Notes: a model not told the origin generated them from the sequence alone. 64,000 nucleotides of DNA from Eledone cirrhosa (GCA_964016885.1 OZ024764.1:20584001-20648000), one strand, 5' to 3'; numbered from the stretch's first letter, positions 12,877 to 25,410 are shown. Numbers and translations: made by a program.

Positions 12877-14748
12877 TAAAAATTATTTTTAAATAACTTA
12901 AAAGATAATTTTAAGGCAACGTGACCCAACAGGTCTCGGGTGGTCTAGTTTGTTACTAAATACTAGATATTAGAGGGTCTTGTTCTAGATGTGCTGGAAG
13001 AGCTATTCCATCTCGTGAGGCTCACACCAGCAGCTAGCCACCTCAGCACCTATGGTGGTATATTTATTATATTATTTATTCTTTATCATTAACATTAATA
13101 TAAAAGATAATTATATATTTTTAGAGAAGAACCTCTAACTTGATATAGCTTAGGGCTTCAGTAGGTAAAATTCTGGCCCTGCTTGTCTTGTATTTTTTAG
13201 GGGAGAAGTTAGGGAATACGGTTATTGTGTGAAAGTTTTCTAAATCTTCTTCAGCCACTAACATGGAGAAGATATTTCAGTAAAAAGGTTCACATCCTGA
13301 CATCTATAGCTGTTAACAAGGAGATTGGAATTCATTATTAAACAAATGTTATATCATCATCACTGTTTTACATCATTTTTTCCACCCTGGCATGGGTTAG
13401 ACGAGTTATCCTGTTGTAAGCAATGCCAGGTCAGGTGACCATGTCTGGCTCCTACAGAACAAATTTTGGTTTGGTTTCTACAGCTGGATGACCTTCCTAC
13501 AACCAAGCTTATTTACATTAAGTACTGGGTGCTTTTTGTCGTGACACCTACATGACCACTTTACAGTGTGGACTGGGTACTTTTTGTTGTGACACCTACG
13601 TGACCACTTTACAGTGTGCGTTGGGTGCTTTTTGTTGTGACACCAACATGACCATTTTAAAGTTTGGGCTGGGTACTTTTTGTTGTCACCTACATGACCA
13701 CATTACAGTGTGGGCTGGGTGCTTTTTGCCGTGACACCTACGTACCCGCTTTACAGTGTGGGCTGGTTTCTTTTTGTCATATCACCTACATGACCACCTT
13801 AGAATGTTGGCTGTGTGTTCTTTGCAGTGTGGGTTGGGTGCTTTTTGTCATATCACCTACATGACCACCTTATAATGTTGACTGTGGGTTGGGTGCTTTT
13901 TATCATATCTCCTACCCAACCACTTTGCAGTGTGGGCAGTGAAATATCAGTAATGCACCAGCTCCAATATTCAGTAATCAGAAGAAGGGAGGTAGGCATA
14001 AAAGCCAAACTTGCTGTCTTCAATTAGGTTTTTGTGCCAACCCTTACCTATGGTCACATATCTTGGGTAATGACCAAAATAATATGATTGGGAATACAAA
14101 TGGCAGATATGGGATTCCTCTGAAGGGTCTTTGAAGGAACTTTTCTCAATAAAGTGCATAGCTCTGAGATCAGAGAGTCACTCCAGGTGGAGCTGTTACT
14201 TCTCCTAATTGAGAGATCACAGCTGCAATACTATGGCCATGTGGTTAGAATGTCTGAGGAAAGAATCACTGGATAGATTTTACAGGCTAAACTATCCGGC
14301 AGGAGACCCAGGGGTAGACCTGAGCAAGATGGTCACATAACATCCATGAGCTTGGCTGGTCTCTCTGGGAGATCCAGCCAGATCAGTTGGAGTGGGTTGC
14401 TTCTGACAGGACCTGTTTGAGGACTCTGCCCCCAAGACCCTCTCTGGAAAAAGTGGGTTAATAAGAATAAGTTGAGGTCACATAATCAACATCAGATTTC
14501 CCTGCTAACAAGGGTTTAATGAGTCTACTTCAACCAAGTAAGTACTGAAGTGAGGCTACTGATCTCTAGACAGACCAAGGATCTGAGACTTATTTACATA
14601 AGGTCTCATTTGCTACTGAGTGCGCAGAAAAGGTTGTCATGATTGAGGGGTTCTCTGACACTATCGTCGGGTAAGCTTTCTATGGCTAGATGTCCTTCAT
14701 ATGACCAACCACATTACAGCCTGTGTTGGGTGTGTTTATCATGTAGGT

Positions 14749-17116
14749 GAGGCATAACAAACTGAGGGTTGCCCAAGGTCCACATAGGTCACATGTGTTG
14801 TCTGAGGGTTGCACACTGCAACTAATTATGTACATTACAACTAATTAAGGTCATTTAATAAAATATATTGCAGAAAGATTTGTTACTTAAATTTAGAAAT
14901 ATACAACGTACATACAAATGTTTTAGCAGCATTCATGAATACAAAGTAATGAAGTAGTTTGACAAAAAACTAAAATTTAACATGTTAACATATACTTGCA
15001 GATTGTAACAGCAACAAATACATTGTACACAAATAACAGCAGTTCAAAACTGAACATTTATTTGCTACTATTCAACCATTTTTAGTCTTTTGTCCTGAGG
15101 CTTGACACTTCTTTCTGTTGACAATGTTTGGTATGTCTGGCTGAAATGTTTGTACAGTTCCAACTTTGATCAGATGACAAGTGTTGATCAGTCAGCCTTG
15201 TTCTCTGAGAAGTTTTTGTTAATTTCTGAAGGAAAATAACTGTCCACTCACATAGGTAGAACCAAACGTTGCCATAATCTTTGTGACAAACTTTCTGATG
15301 TTAATAAACTTTTCAGGAAGGTATGAAAAGAAACCAGGTATCCCCACTACAAGATACTTTGTTCTGAGTGTAGAATCTGACTGCATTTCCAATAGTTCCA
15401 TCTGCAGGTATTCTTCTGCCTTCATCAAAGGTGAATGGTGCTGAGAATAATGTATACTGATGTTCAAAAAATGAGAAATCACAAAATCTTTCCTGAAATT
15501 TCTTTAACAACAATTCCAGCTGACTGTCATACTTAACTAAGCTAAATACAGACTCAGTATTGGCAGTGATTTTCAGCTCTTTGCACATAGGGAAATGAAC
15601 TAAATTTTCATCTGACGACGGAGATTTCCATAAGCTTAGTTTTCTAATGAAGCACTTGATGTCATCATTCAACTGATTAATGGGTTTGTTTTAACCTTGT
15701 AATTTCAAATTAAGATCAGTTAATTGTGCAGTAATATCCACAACAAAAGCCAGATGTTGGAGCCAACTTTCATCTTTTATTTCATCTGTGTTTTAACCTT
15801 TTATCTCCAAAAACATAATTATTTCTTTTCTCAACAAATAGCATCTTTTCAGCACTTTGTGACATGTCAACCAGCAGACTTCTGTGTAGAATGGAACATC
15901 GGTGAACTGATTATCCATATCTTCCAACAACTGGCTGAACTGACGGTGGTTGAGAGCATGGCCTCTGATTTAGTTCACTGTCTTTGTGACCAAGCTAAGC
16001 ACATGATGCAATTTTAAAATCTTTGAATATAAATTTTGCTGATGAATAATAGTGAAAATGTGAAAATGATGAATCTAGATATGAGTTTTCTATTTTTGTT
16101 TGTAACTTGGCAGCAACACCATTATGTCTACCAACCATATTTGCAGTACTGTCAGTAGATAAACATGCAAGTTTACTCAGATCAAAACCATGCAGACCCT
16201 GCTTGACCTTCTCAAAGATGTCCTGGATTGTTATAGTGTCATGCATGGGAACCAGTTCAATCAGTTCTTCATAAATATGAAATTCACTGTCACAGGCCCT
16301 GGTGAAGAATGCAAGCTGTACTTTTCCAGTGATGTCAACAGTCTCTTCAATAGCAATAGAAACATGTTCCAACCTTGATGATACAGCCTTTAACTGTTGT
16401 TTCAGATCACCTGACATTTCATTAATCTGTTCAGCAACAGTGTTCCTGGTTAATGAAATGTCTTTGAATAACTCTGCTTTCTCTGGACAGTTTCAGCTGT
16501 TTTTACAAGACATTACTTTACAAAATCTCCTTCACTGTAAGATTTCCCACTCATGGCAATCATTTGACTGAGTTCATAGCTTGCAGTAACGGAAGTGACA
16601 TTCTCTTCCTGAGTTAACATAAAAAAAGGTCTATTGCTGTGTCAAGTTAACCTTCAATTCCTTGAGTCTTGAAACACACATTGGGCCTTCATATTTATTG
16701 TAAGATCGAGGGTTTGTTTCATAATGTCTTTTTAAATTGTACTCTTTTGGCGTGGCGATGTAGTTGTTGCAAATTAAACAGTGTATCTTTCTGTTCACCG
16801 TTGGGCAAAAATACTGTAATTCCCACTTTTCTTGAAACACTTGCCCTTCTTCGTTCAATTTCCTTTTTCTCTTAGCTGGAGGAGCACTAACCATTTCAAA
16901 AACAAAAATTTTGAAATTTTGAAAGAAAGTTTTCTGTTAATGAGCTGCACGTGATTAATGGAAGTTAAAAGTAGTTGACAAAAATTGCACAAAAAAAATA
17001 ATTGTATCGAAAATGTTTTAAATTTTATATTACGAAAATGAAACATGCTCGCACTGTAAAAACCTTTGTGTGGGCCGCAGCATTGCTTGCAAAGGGCTGC
17101 ATGTTTGACATGTCTG
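14749..17116 (-). mobile_element. hAT DNA transposon (Buster/SPIN/GTF2IRD2-like), pseudogenised transposase
   Basis: 8-bp TSD ATGTAGGT at 14741-14748 and 17117-17124. Imperfect TIRs gaggcataacaaac / gtttgacatgtctg. ORF pieces include VFQEKWELQYF..CLIC..NLKRHY, STDS.ANMVG and FGSTY. Confidence 0.92.
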
Positions 17117-17229
17117 ATGTAGGTTACCAACACTAGGGAGGGCAGCATGTCCTTAAGTGTGTTCTGCTACATTAACTACCAGGAGGTCACCACATGAGAC
17201 AAAGACTACATTTCAAAGAGGGGTCATAA

Positions 17230-17680
17230 AAGAACTAAATACGAAAGTCCTCACAGCAACAAGTAAATAATTGAGCTTTGGATCTAGGTCAAGGGGCAGA
17301 AGTGCTGCGCCCTGTGGATAAGACTGCAAAAGTATTCGCCCCGGGCGATGGACAGTGACACCCACTGCAACAGCCACCCCAACCTCATGGGACTCCCTCT
17401 TCAGAAGGGCCACCAACGTTCTGATCTTACAGAGGAGCTTGGCAGTACGGGGTCCAAATACTTCTGAGGTCTCGATGGTGACCGGTGTGAAGAGACCTAC
17501 AATTGATGTCATCCCAGTTATGTTGGACTGTAATATACTGGGGTATAGAGAGGCCTTAACCTGTCTCAGCCGAGCCACCCAGGGTTGTGTCATCTAGGTA
17601 CTAGACAGGGGTGACTAGACCATGTTGTCAACTGTCAGCACCAATAGGAGTGACGCGAGTGGGTCCCCTTGCTAGACACC
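17230..17680 (-). mobile_element. internally deleted CRE-clade LINE relic (copy ~55915-56365)
   Basis: Minus-strand PVTIETSEVFGPRTAKLL (CRE C-terminus) and ggtgtctagcaaggggacccactc (GV.QGDPL). Confidence 0.65.
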
Positions 17681-17925
17681 ATATATAAAACGTATTTTCT
17701 AATTACTTTAATGAATAATTTGTTTCATACGTAATTATTACTTTTAACACAATAGGATTTTGTACACGTGTTTGTTTGAAAACATCTTTCAAAGAAGTAT
17801 GAGACAGTCTTTTGTAGTGTTTATTATAATAAATTACTGTATGTTGAGCTGTTTTAACTTCTCCACCTTCCATTATTTTATATTGTTTTTGTAAAAAAAC
17901 GATATCTTTTTCATATATATATATG

Positions 17926-18140
17926 AAGGCGTGTGGCTGAGTGGTTAGAGAATTGGATTCGGAATTGTGAGGTTGTGAGTTCGATACCCAGACCGGGCGA
18001 TGCGTTATGTCCTTGAGCAAGACATTTTATTTCACGTTGTTCCTCCTACCTGGAGTTGCGACCGATAGATAGTATTAGCAATTGGAAAGACCAATGGAAA
18101 CATTGTTTCCTCGGTCCGATTTGACGAAAAGTTGATCATA
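17926..18140 (+). mobile_element. tRNA-derived SINE
   Basis: A box tggctgagtgg and B box gagttcgatac, then gtccttgagcaagac; sits in a (TA)n tract. Same family inverted at 32940-33112 and partial at 56500-56590. Confidence 0.75.
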
Positions 18141-18474
18141 AAAAATATATATATATAGAGAGAGAGAGAGAGAAAAACACACAAACATACACTACTGTAT
18201 TACATATGTAAGGGGAGACAACTCTCGTTACATCCACCCTTCTTTTTGATATACGTCCTTTAAATACTTTGTTCAATGGAACCTGCTTTATTTTGTGTCC
18301 TAAGTAGATTTCTGTTTAAGTATTTACGCGATTCACAATGATTCACGTAGAGACCCCAGTTAGTGATGTTTTCGTCTCCCTCCCACATCCTACATGCTGT
18401 AGTAAAAGTGAGGGTCACTGCTTCCGGAGACGAACGAAATAAAAGTTAAACTACCAGTAATTATCGGCAAAGTA

Positions 18475-18665
18475 TTTATTCCAGTCTGTGATGTTTGAGA
18501 AGCTGGGCTGCTGACAACGAAGTTGTGGTCACTGTTGGCGGCTGGCTTTACAGAAGTACCCGATGACTCTTGTGAGGGTACTTAGCTGTTCTGGCGGTTT
18601 AGCCTCCACATGACTCGATCTTACCGAGATACCCGGTGATCTCTGTCAGGGTACTTAGCTGTTCT
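18475..18665 (+). mobile_element. old CRE-clade 3'-ORF relic directly upstream of the promoter (copies ~34415-34605, ~57620-57855)
   Basis: ttggcggctggctttacagaagtacccgatgactcttgtgagggtacttagctgttc aligns by eye to ctggcggctcgccttatagaggtaactggcgaaatcgcgagggcacttggctgttc at 23060-23115. Confidence 0.55.
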
Positions 18666-18742
18666 ATTTTAATTACATTTACTGTTTTCAACTTCATTTT
18701 TTTATTACAAACTTTACATAATTTAATTCGGTAAAAATATTT

Positions 18743-18875
18743 TTACGTCACAACAAAACATTGAAGCATGCGCAGTGGTGCAGTTGTCGACTTCCTGTCC
18801 ACGTGTTAGTCTTCCTACAACATCATTTAGACAACATTTCTGTAAATACTAAACACCTGAGACTATAATGTAAGT
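18743..18875 (+). promoter_or_regulatory. putative promoter and non-coding first exon of ZNF copy 2
   Basis: TTACGTCA, GCATGCGCA (NRF1-like), ACTTCCTG (ETS-like), CACGTG (E-box) and TTAGTC (Inr-like), then donor AT|GTAAGT at 18870. Conserved in three copies. Confidence 0.65.
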
Positions 18876-19326
18876 ATTATGTCTATTAATATTGTAGATT
18901 TAAGCTCACTTTTCACATCACAAATATATATTTTCTTGTTTGTTTCATTACTGGAAATATAAAATGTTATCGTAATTATCTATATTTTACCTACCTCTAA
19001 TTAATTAAAGTGAAAACTTTTGTTGTAGCTGAAAAATAAATTAACAAAACTAAATATTTAAATATTCTAAAGGTCGTTTTTATATTATGTGATGATATAA
19101 TTAATATATTTTATTACAATTGTATAAATTTACAGTAGAATAACGTTGTAAATATGTTTTAAATATATACATAAATAACATGTGTAAATAACATTATAAA
19201 TTGCTGGCAATTCCTTGAGAAAGACATTACAAATATATTGTCTAAACTGTGTATAATAATATAATTTATTGAACAATAATGATAAAGGAAAGAAAAACAC
19301 AGTGGGAGATGGCAATTGACCACCAA

Positions 19327-22300
19327 ACGAGGTAAACATTTTCAACTTTCCCCTTTTTTTGCTTTGTCCGAGACAACTCAAAATATTCTTCAAGGAACTG
19401 GATTTTCCATTCGGTTGGATCGAACGGATTTTACCATTTATAATCTACGGAGAGGAATAACAGATGTTCGGAGGAAAAAAGAATTGTTTGTGGCAACAAC
19501 GTAGGGAACCAACCTGGAGCAATTGTATCACACAATTATACTTTCCTCCTTAACATACACTTAGAATTTTTCAAAATCAAACCCCCCAAATATAAAATAT
19601 AAATAATTATAAATGGCGAGGAACCATCCCATCTCCCTCTTGAAATAACCTGAATCTATTTATAGTCAGGTGTGACTGAAAGGTCAATCCATACTTCCAT
19701 TCTATTTCACAGAATTAGAAGCTTTGACCACTTGATAGAATTCAGGTCCAGTAATGTAATCACTCCGTAATTGTAAACATCTTGTATCACTATCATTCAG
19801 GTTTTGATTTTACTTAAGTCTTGACCATGTTTTTTTTCTTTTTTCTTTTTTACACAAACTCACAATTTCGGTTTTTACTGCGGATTTACCCATGCAAACT
19901 ATTACACAAACTCACAGCCTTAGATTTTGTATTTCTAGCGTTTTTATTTTCCTTCTCTTTGCATGTTCAGTGCTCTTTCTGTCCCACTGTATTTACCTGC
20001 CTCTCACATGACCACACTCCTCTCTACGTACTCATCATCTTCTCACTCCTTCTACACCTTCCATCCCTCCCCTTGCGCAACCCTTACTTCCTCCTCGCGC
20101 ACAGCCCACCTAGGTATTCGTTCAACCCGCCGGTGGCCCGATGTTTCGACCGAACTATTACCGGCGATTGCCGATTGCTAAAGTTTAACCTAGTCCACTC
20201 TAGGTGGGGGTGGCATGCGTCGAACAACCAAGAGACCTGCTTGGTGGAACGACTAATGTGACAACCGGTCAGCCTCCGACCTCTCATTCTCCACCAACTG
20301 CAGCACGCACGAGAGGAGCTAACTTGACCCCACCTACCCCTCCTCTCCTTCACGGCAGATTCCGAACGAATCCAACCCGGCCAACCACACCACCCCTACA
20401 ACTGTTAGCTCACCACCCAACCTCCGCTTTAGTCCCACCGTTAGAACCACTGTTGTCTCCTTTACTGACTCACTCCCTTCAGCGAATTCCAGCCCGCCAC
20501 CTGATTGCGCCCTCTGTGCCCGCACTAACCAGTACTTAAAGACAATTAAGTCACCTATGCCACGCAAGCTACCACAGAAGCTGTGTCGGCATCACCAAAG
20601 CTCAAGCAAAAAGGCTTCAACACTGGACCTGTCATCGGTGCCACTTCAGCTCTGACTATTCTGTGGGGATGACCAACACTCTACCGACGACTTTCCACAG
20701 CCCCCCCCAGGGCTTCACCAAATCAAAGCTCGTTAACCGGACCCTTAAGGGAGCTCGGAACAGCTTTGCAGGTGCCCTCTCTAATTTACTGAAAAACGTT
20801 TGCTCGTCCAACAATAGTCTGGCAGAAATTGTTTTTGTTTCCCCTCATCTCTCTTCACGTGCACAATGCGAACTCGGGTTCCCTCAAGTCCTCTCTCACG
20901 CGGCAGTTCCAGCTGTTTGAGTCCACCCCAACCACGTCTCATCTCAGTTCGTCTCCGAGCTCGGTGTCCACCAACAGACAACCGGTAGACCTCAAGCGAG
21001 CCGTCAATGCCAAATTCAGCGAATTTGACATTAAAGGGGCTGCCCTCCCTTGCTCCATGCAATTCTGACTCTCGTGAGCGTCTGAAAGAGAAGCACCCCC
21101 AGATGATCAGCAACACTGGCCCAAACCACCAGAATACTTGAGACCGGTTTACACCACCGATATCATCAGAAAGGCGATTTCATCCTTCCCCGCTGGGTCA
21201 GGCGCGGGAATTGACGTCCTTCGTCCTCAACACCTCAAGGATGGTATCTCCTTATCGGCCGGTGATGCCGGACTCGAGCTCTTGGAGAGTCTGACTCAGT
21301 TTGTGAATCAGTGAACGTTCTCCCGTTCATCCGCCCACTGTTCTTCGGTGCGAAGCTATTTGGTCTCACCAAGCCCAACGAGGACCTGCGCCGCATTGCG
21401 GTTGGCTGCACACCTCGCCGCCTCACAGCAAAGGCGTGATTGCTGTTGGTCTCCAACCCACTGGCGGAGGAATTTTCCCCCATCCAGCTGTGGGTGGGTA
21501 CCAGGTTGGGATGTGTGGCTGCTGTCCACGCTGCCAGAACATTTGCCAACTTGCCCTCCTCATCCCCCAATGTCATCCTCAAACTTGATCTCAGGAATGC
21601 CTTCAACTCCGTCAGCCGTAACATCGTCCTCGAGAGAGAGGGTCCCACAACTCTACCACTTTGCTTGGCAGGCTTATCGGGAGCCCTCCTACCTCTCTTT
21701 CAGTAACCAGATCATCACCTCTGCCTCAGGAGTCCAACAGGGTGACCCACTCGGGACTCCCCCCCGCACTGGACATTGATGACGTCACCAAGATGGGGGC
21801 TGAGTTGGAACTCAATGTCTGGTAGCTCGACGACGCCTGTTTGGGGGGAACTCCGGATATGGTTCTCGCCACTGCCAACAGGATAGTGGAGGAGCTTGGC
21901 GCCGGGGTCTCCAGATCAATAGCTCCAAATGTGAGCTCTGGATCCTCAACCACCCGGCTTCTTAACACCAACAGCTGATCGACCTGTTCGCAGAGTCCTT
22001 CCCTTCCATCACGGTCCCTCCTCCGTCGGCTTGGTGCTCCTTAGGAGCCCCGATCACAGACCTGGCCTTCGGGTCAACCATCCAATCGAAGATGGTTGGC
22101 CTTGAGCAGCTGCTGAGGAATATTGAAGATATCGAACCCCATCAAGGTTTCTTCTTACTCAGGAACTACCTGTCTATTCCTAAGCTTCTGTATCTGCTCA
22201 GGGTCAGCCCCTCTCACAGATTTCCATCCTGCCTCCAACGCTTCGACGACCTAATCTTCGAGAGACTCGAGTGTCTGGTCAATGTTAGTAAGTGTTCGTC

Positions 22301-23520
22301 CCTCTCTCTGCCCTGCTTCCTTTCCTCCACCCAAGCTTGCAGCATCCTCTCCTCTCCAACATGGACTAGTTCCAACAGGGAGTTGTGTGAAGCTCTCCAG
22401 CAATGGAGTGAGTTGGGCTTGTCTCTTCCTGACAGGTTACGTTGGAATGCCACCTTCGACCCCCTCTTCGTCCTCTCAGATCAGTCTGCAAGGAGGTGCC
22501 GCTTACCATCTGCCAGCGCCAAATACTCCGGTGACTGGGTCGATGCCTTACCCGTGGCCAACGTTGGAGGCCTACTCAGCCTGGACGAACTTCGTGTCTC
22601 CATAACCCTCAGAGTGGGAGCTGACGTCTGCATGGGTTTGAGATGTGGCTAACTCCTCGACTCCACAGGCCTCCACGGTCTTTCTTGCCGCCTGAATGCC
22701 GGCCACTTCACCCGTCACACGGAGCTAAACTTTATTCTGAAGAGAGCTTTGGCCCGGGCAAACATCCCCTCAGTCTTGGAACCATCTGGGTTGTCCAGAA
22801 GTGACGGCAAAAGACCTGACGGCCTTACCCTGTGCCCCTGGTCGAGAGGCAGGTGCTTAATCTGGGACGTCACTGTTAGTGACTCCTTTGCTCTTTCCCA
22901 CATCCTTGATGCTGCGGTAAGGACGAGAGCCACAGCTTCGGCAGCCGAGCGGAGTAAGACCCTCAAATACTCTGATCTGTCGGCCAGCTACATTTTTCAG
23001 CCTGTGGCTTTCGAGACGTTTGGGGGAGTCGGGTGCTGACTGCGAGGTTCCTTTCCTCACTGGCGGCTCGCCTTATAGAGGTAACTGGCGAAATCGCGAG
23101 GGCACTTGGCTGTTCCAGCACCTCAGCCTCGCCATCACCCGAGGTAACACTGCCAGTGTGCTAGCTTGCCTCAAAACTCATTAGAGAGGTTTCCCAGTAC
23201 CCCTCGTTGCTGTCTTTTGCTCTGGTGTTGGCTCCATTGTCCACCCCTTCCTTTACATTTTCTTTAATATTGCAACATTGAAGGAATTTATCTTTCATTG
23301 TATCATCCTTTATAGTGTTACCGAGGCATTTGTAATGTTATTTATATATTTAAAACATATTTGTTATGTTATTCTACTGTAAATTTATTTATATGCTCTG
23401 TTTATATTTTCATTCTGAAGGAACTTATCCACTTGTGTTGATATAAGTGATTCTATGACATTCCTCTAAGCATTGTGTCATTATATATGTTATTATAAAC
23501 GTGAATAAATTGAATTTATA
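19327..23520 (+). mobile_element. CRE-clade non-LTR retrotransposon (PHD, RT, Cys/His knuckle, restriction-like endonuclease), degraded
   Basis: LKLDLRNAFNSVSR, SGVQQGDPL, W*LDD, HGLSCRLNAG...RH and DGKRPDGLTLCPW..G.CLIWDVT. The segment is absent at the paralogous site 35285/35286. Whether the first ~500 bp belong to the element is uncertain. Confidence 0.88.
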
Positions 23521-23708
23521 GTGTGATAATAGGCCACACCTCACACCCTAGGGGTTAACTACACACTTTGAGGCAAGCCAACACACTGGCAGCATTACAA
23601 CGTGTGATGGTGAGGCTAAGGTGCTGAAATAACCAGGTACCCTCACGGGTATCACCTGACACCTCAGTAAGGTGAGGCTACGGTGCTGAAATAACCAGGT
23701 ACCCTCAC
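23521..23708 (-). mobile_element. older CRE 3' end; its 3' UTR continues at ~19120-19326
   Basis: Minus strand reads TEVSGDTREGTWLFQHLSLTITRCNAASVLACLKVC*. Uninterrupted copy at ~35075-35640. Confidence 0.72.
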
Positions 23709-24068
23709 GGAAACGACTAGATTTGTAGAAAAAGTAGGGTGAAAGTATACAAAGAAATGTAGTTTCACAGATCTACTCACGCCTCACGTTGGGTGAGAAT
23801 AATTATTTTTCTTAGAATTCTTGCTATAACTCTTTTCCAGTATTTTTTCTCTGGACCCCTTAGATACTTGCAATAGACGTTTTATTTCCCAGTATTAGGG
23901 TTAGGGTTTCCGTTTTCAGGAAGAAAAGTCGATTGCAAACATCTAAGAGGTCGAGAAATAAAATTAAGGAAAGATAATTATTTCCCAGCCAACTGGAGAA
24001 GTGTGTAGCTCTTCTTAACTCTGATAATCCTGTCTCCCACTTCTTTATCTACAAATCTAGTCGTTTCC
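23709..24068. mobile_element. MITE, ~360 bp, with ~30-bp TIRs
   Basis: ggaaacgactagatttgtag ... ctacaaatctagtcgtttcc; internal ttagggttagggtt. Confidence 0.8.
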
Positions 24069-24074
24069 TGCTAC

Positions 24075-24705
24075 TTTGTTCCCTGGGGTATGCCTTAGTA
24101 TTTGACACCATCTATCTGTCTTACTCCCTAACTAGCAAGAAGTCAATCTGTCTCATGTGCTCACCTGATTGGTAGGTTATTAGGTGGTTGGTAGGTTTCT
24201 TTAAGTGTTGCAAATGGTTAGTTCACTTGCATCACAAAATACAAGAAGCCTCACTCCTTCATCGTTTCTTGAGCCATAACCATGACCACCATGTACCCCA
24301 GTGTATCCATCCTGGAGCTGTCCAACATGACCATTGAAGTCCCCTGCTATTATAACTAGGTCTCTGTCATTGTGGTTATCTCTACTTATTCCTTTTCTAC
24401 ATATGGAGCAGGGCCACTTTCCTGAAGGGGTCAGGGTCTTCTCTCCTATTCATGACCACTTTAGTTTTGGCTAAGTATATTCTCAGAACTTACCATTTCA
24501 AATTCTATATCTATAGTTGGTCATCTACATAGAGAAGTTTCCATAGACAGCCAGTCTTAAACCTCTCTGTTATGGCTTGGAGAACTATGATGAACAACAG
24601 TGGGCTAAGAACTAAACCATGATGAACTCCTACCTGTACCTTCAATTCCTCACTAAACACACTTTACTGACAGCTTCTCACAAGCCATTCTTCTACACCT
24701 AATTT
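24075..24705 (-). mobile_element. RTE fragments paralogous to 4295-4925
   Basis: Near-identical to unit 1; GDFNGHVG endonuclease motif on the minus strand. Confidence 0.8.
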
Positions 24706-24711
24706 CCTTAA

Positions 24712-24919
24712 CCCTTTAGTATATAAACTGGCCATATCTGGCCAGAATTCTCCCACATCTTTCTGTTCAAACTGGCCGTAACTGTTCACTTATACTTATG
24801 TTAAGGTATTGTTCTCAAAATAAATAACATGAAAATCTCATAGATTTGATATTATATGAGATAAAGCATTTACTATGAAAATATAATAGTAAATATAGAG
24901 TAATGTGAATACTAAAGGG
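24712..24919. mobile_element. piggyBac-type MITE, paralog of 4930-5137
   Basis: TTAA|CCCTTTAGTAT...ATACTAAAGGG|TTAA. Confidence 0.85.
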
Positions 24920-25410
24920 TTAATCTAAAGTCACTAATAACTACTTTTATCAGTCAGTATAATCTAATGTCACTAATAACTACTTTTATCAGTCAGTTTA
25001 ATATAATGTCACTAATAACTACTTTTATCAGTCAGTTTAATCTAATGTCACTAATAACTACTTTTATCAGTCAGTTTAATCTAAAGCCACTAATAACTAC
25101 TTTTATCAGTCAGTTTAATCTAATGCCACTAATAACTACTTTTATCAGTCAGTTTAATCTACTGCCACTAATAACTACTTTTATCAGTCAGTTTAATCTA
25201 ATCTCACTAATAACTACTTTTATCAGTCAGTATAATCTAATGTCACTAATAACTACTTTTATCAGTCAGTTTAATCTAATGTCACTAATAACTACTTTTA
25301 TCAGTCAGTTTAATCTAATGCCACTAATAACTACTTTTATCAGTCAGTTTAATCTACTGTCACTAATAACTACTTTTATCAGTCAGTATAATCTACTACC
25401 ACTAATATCT
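24920..25410 (+). repeat. 39-bp minisatellite, ~12.5 units
   Basis: Same unit as 5138-5590. Confidence 0.95.

Noticed and set aside
14749-17116. Domesticated GTF2IRD2/EPM2AIP1-like host gene
   Set aside because: Multiple frameshifts and stops, with retained TIRs and TSD, indicate a dead transposon.
17926-18000. tRNA gene
   Set aside because: A and B boxes are present but I could not fold a convincing cloverleaf, and the sequence continues into a body repeated elsewhere, so it is a SINE head.
23896-23909. Interstitial telomere or fusion site
   Set aside because: Only two TTAGGG units, inside a MITE present in two paralogous copies.
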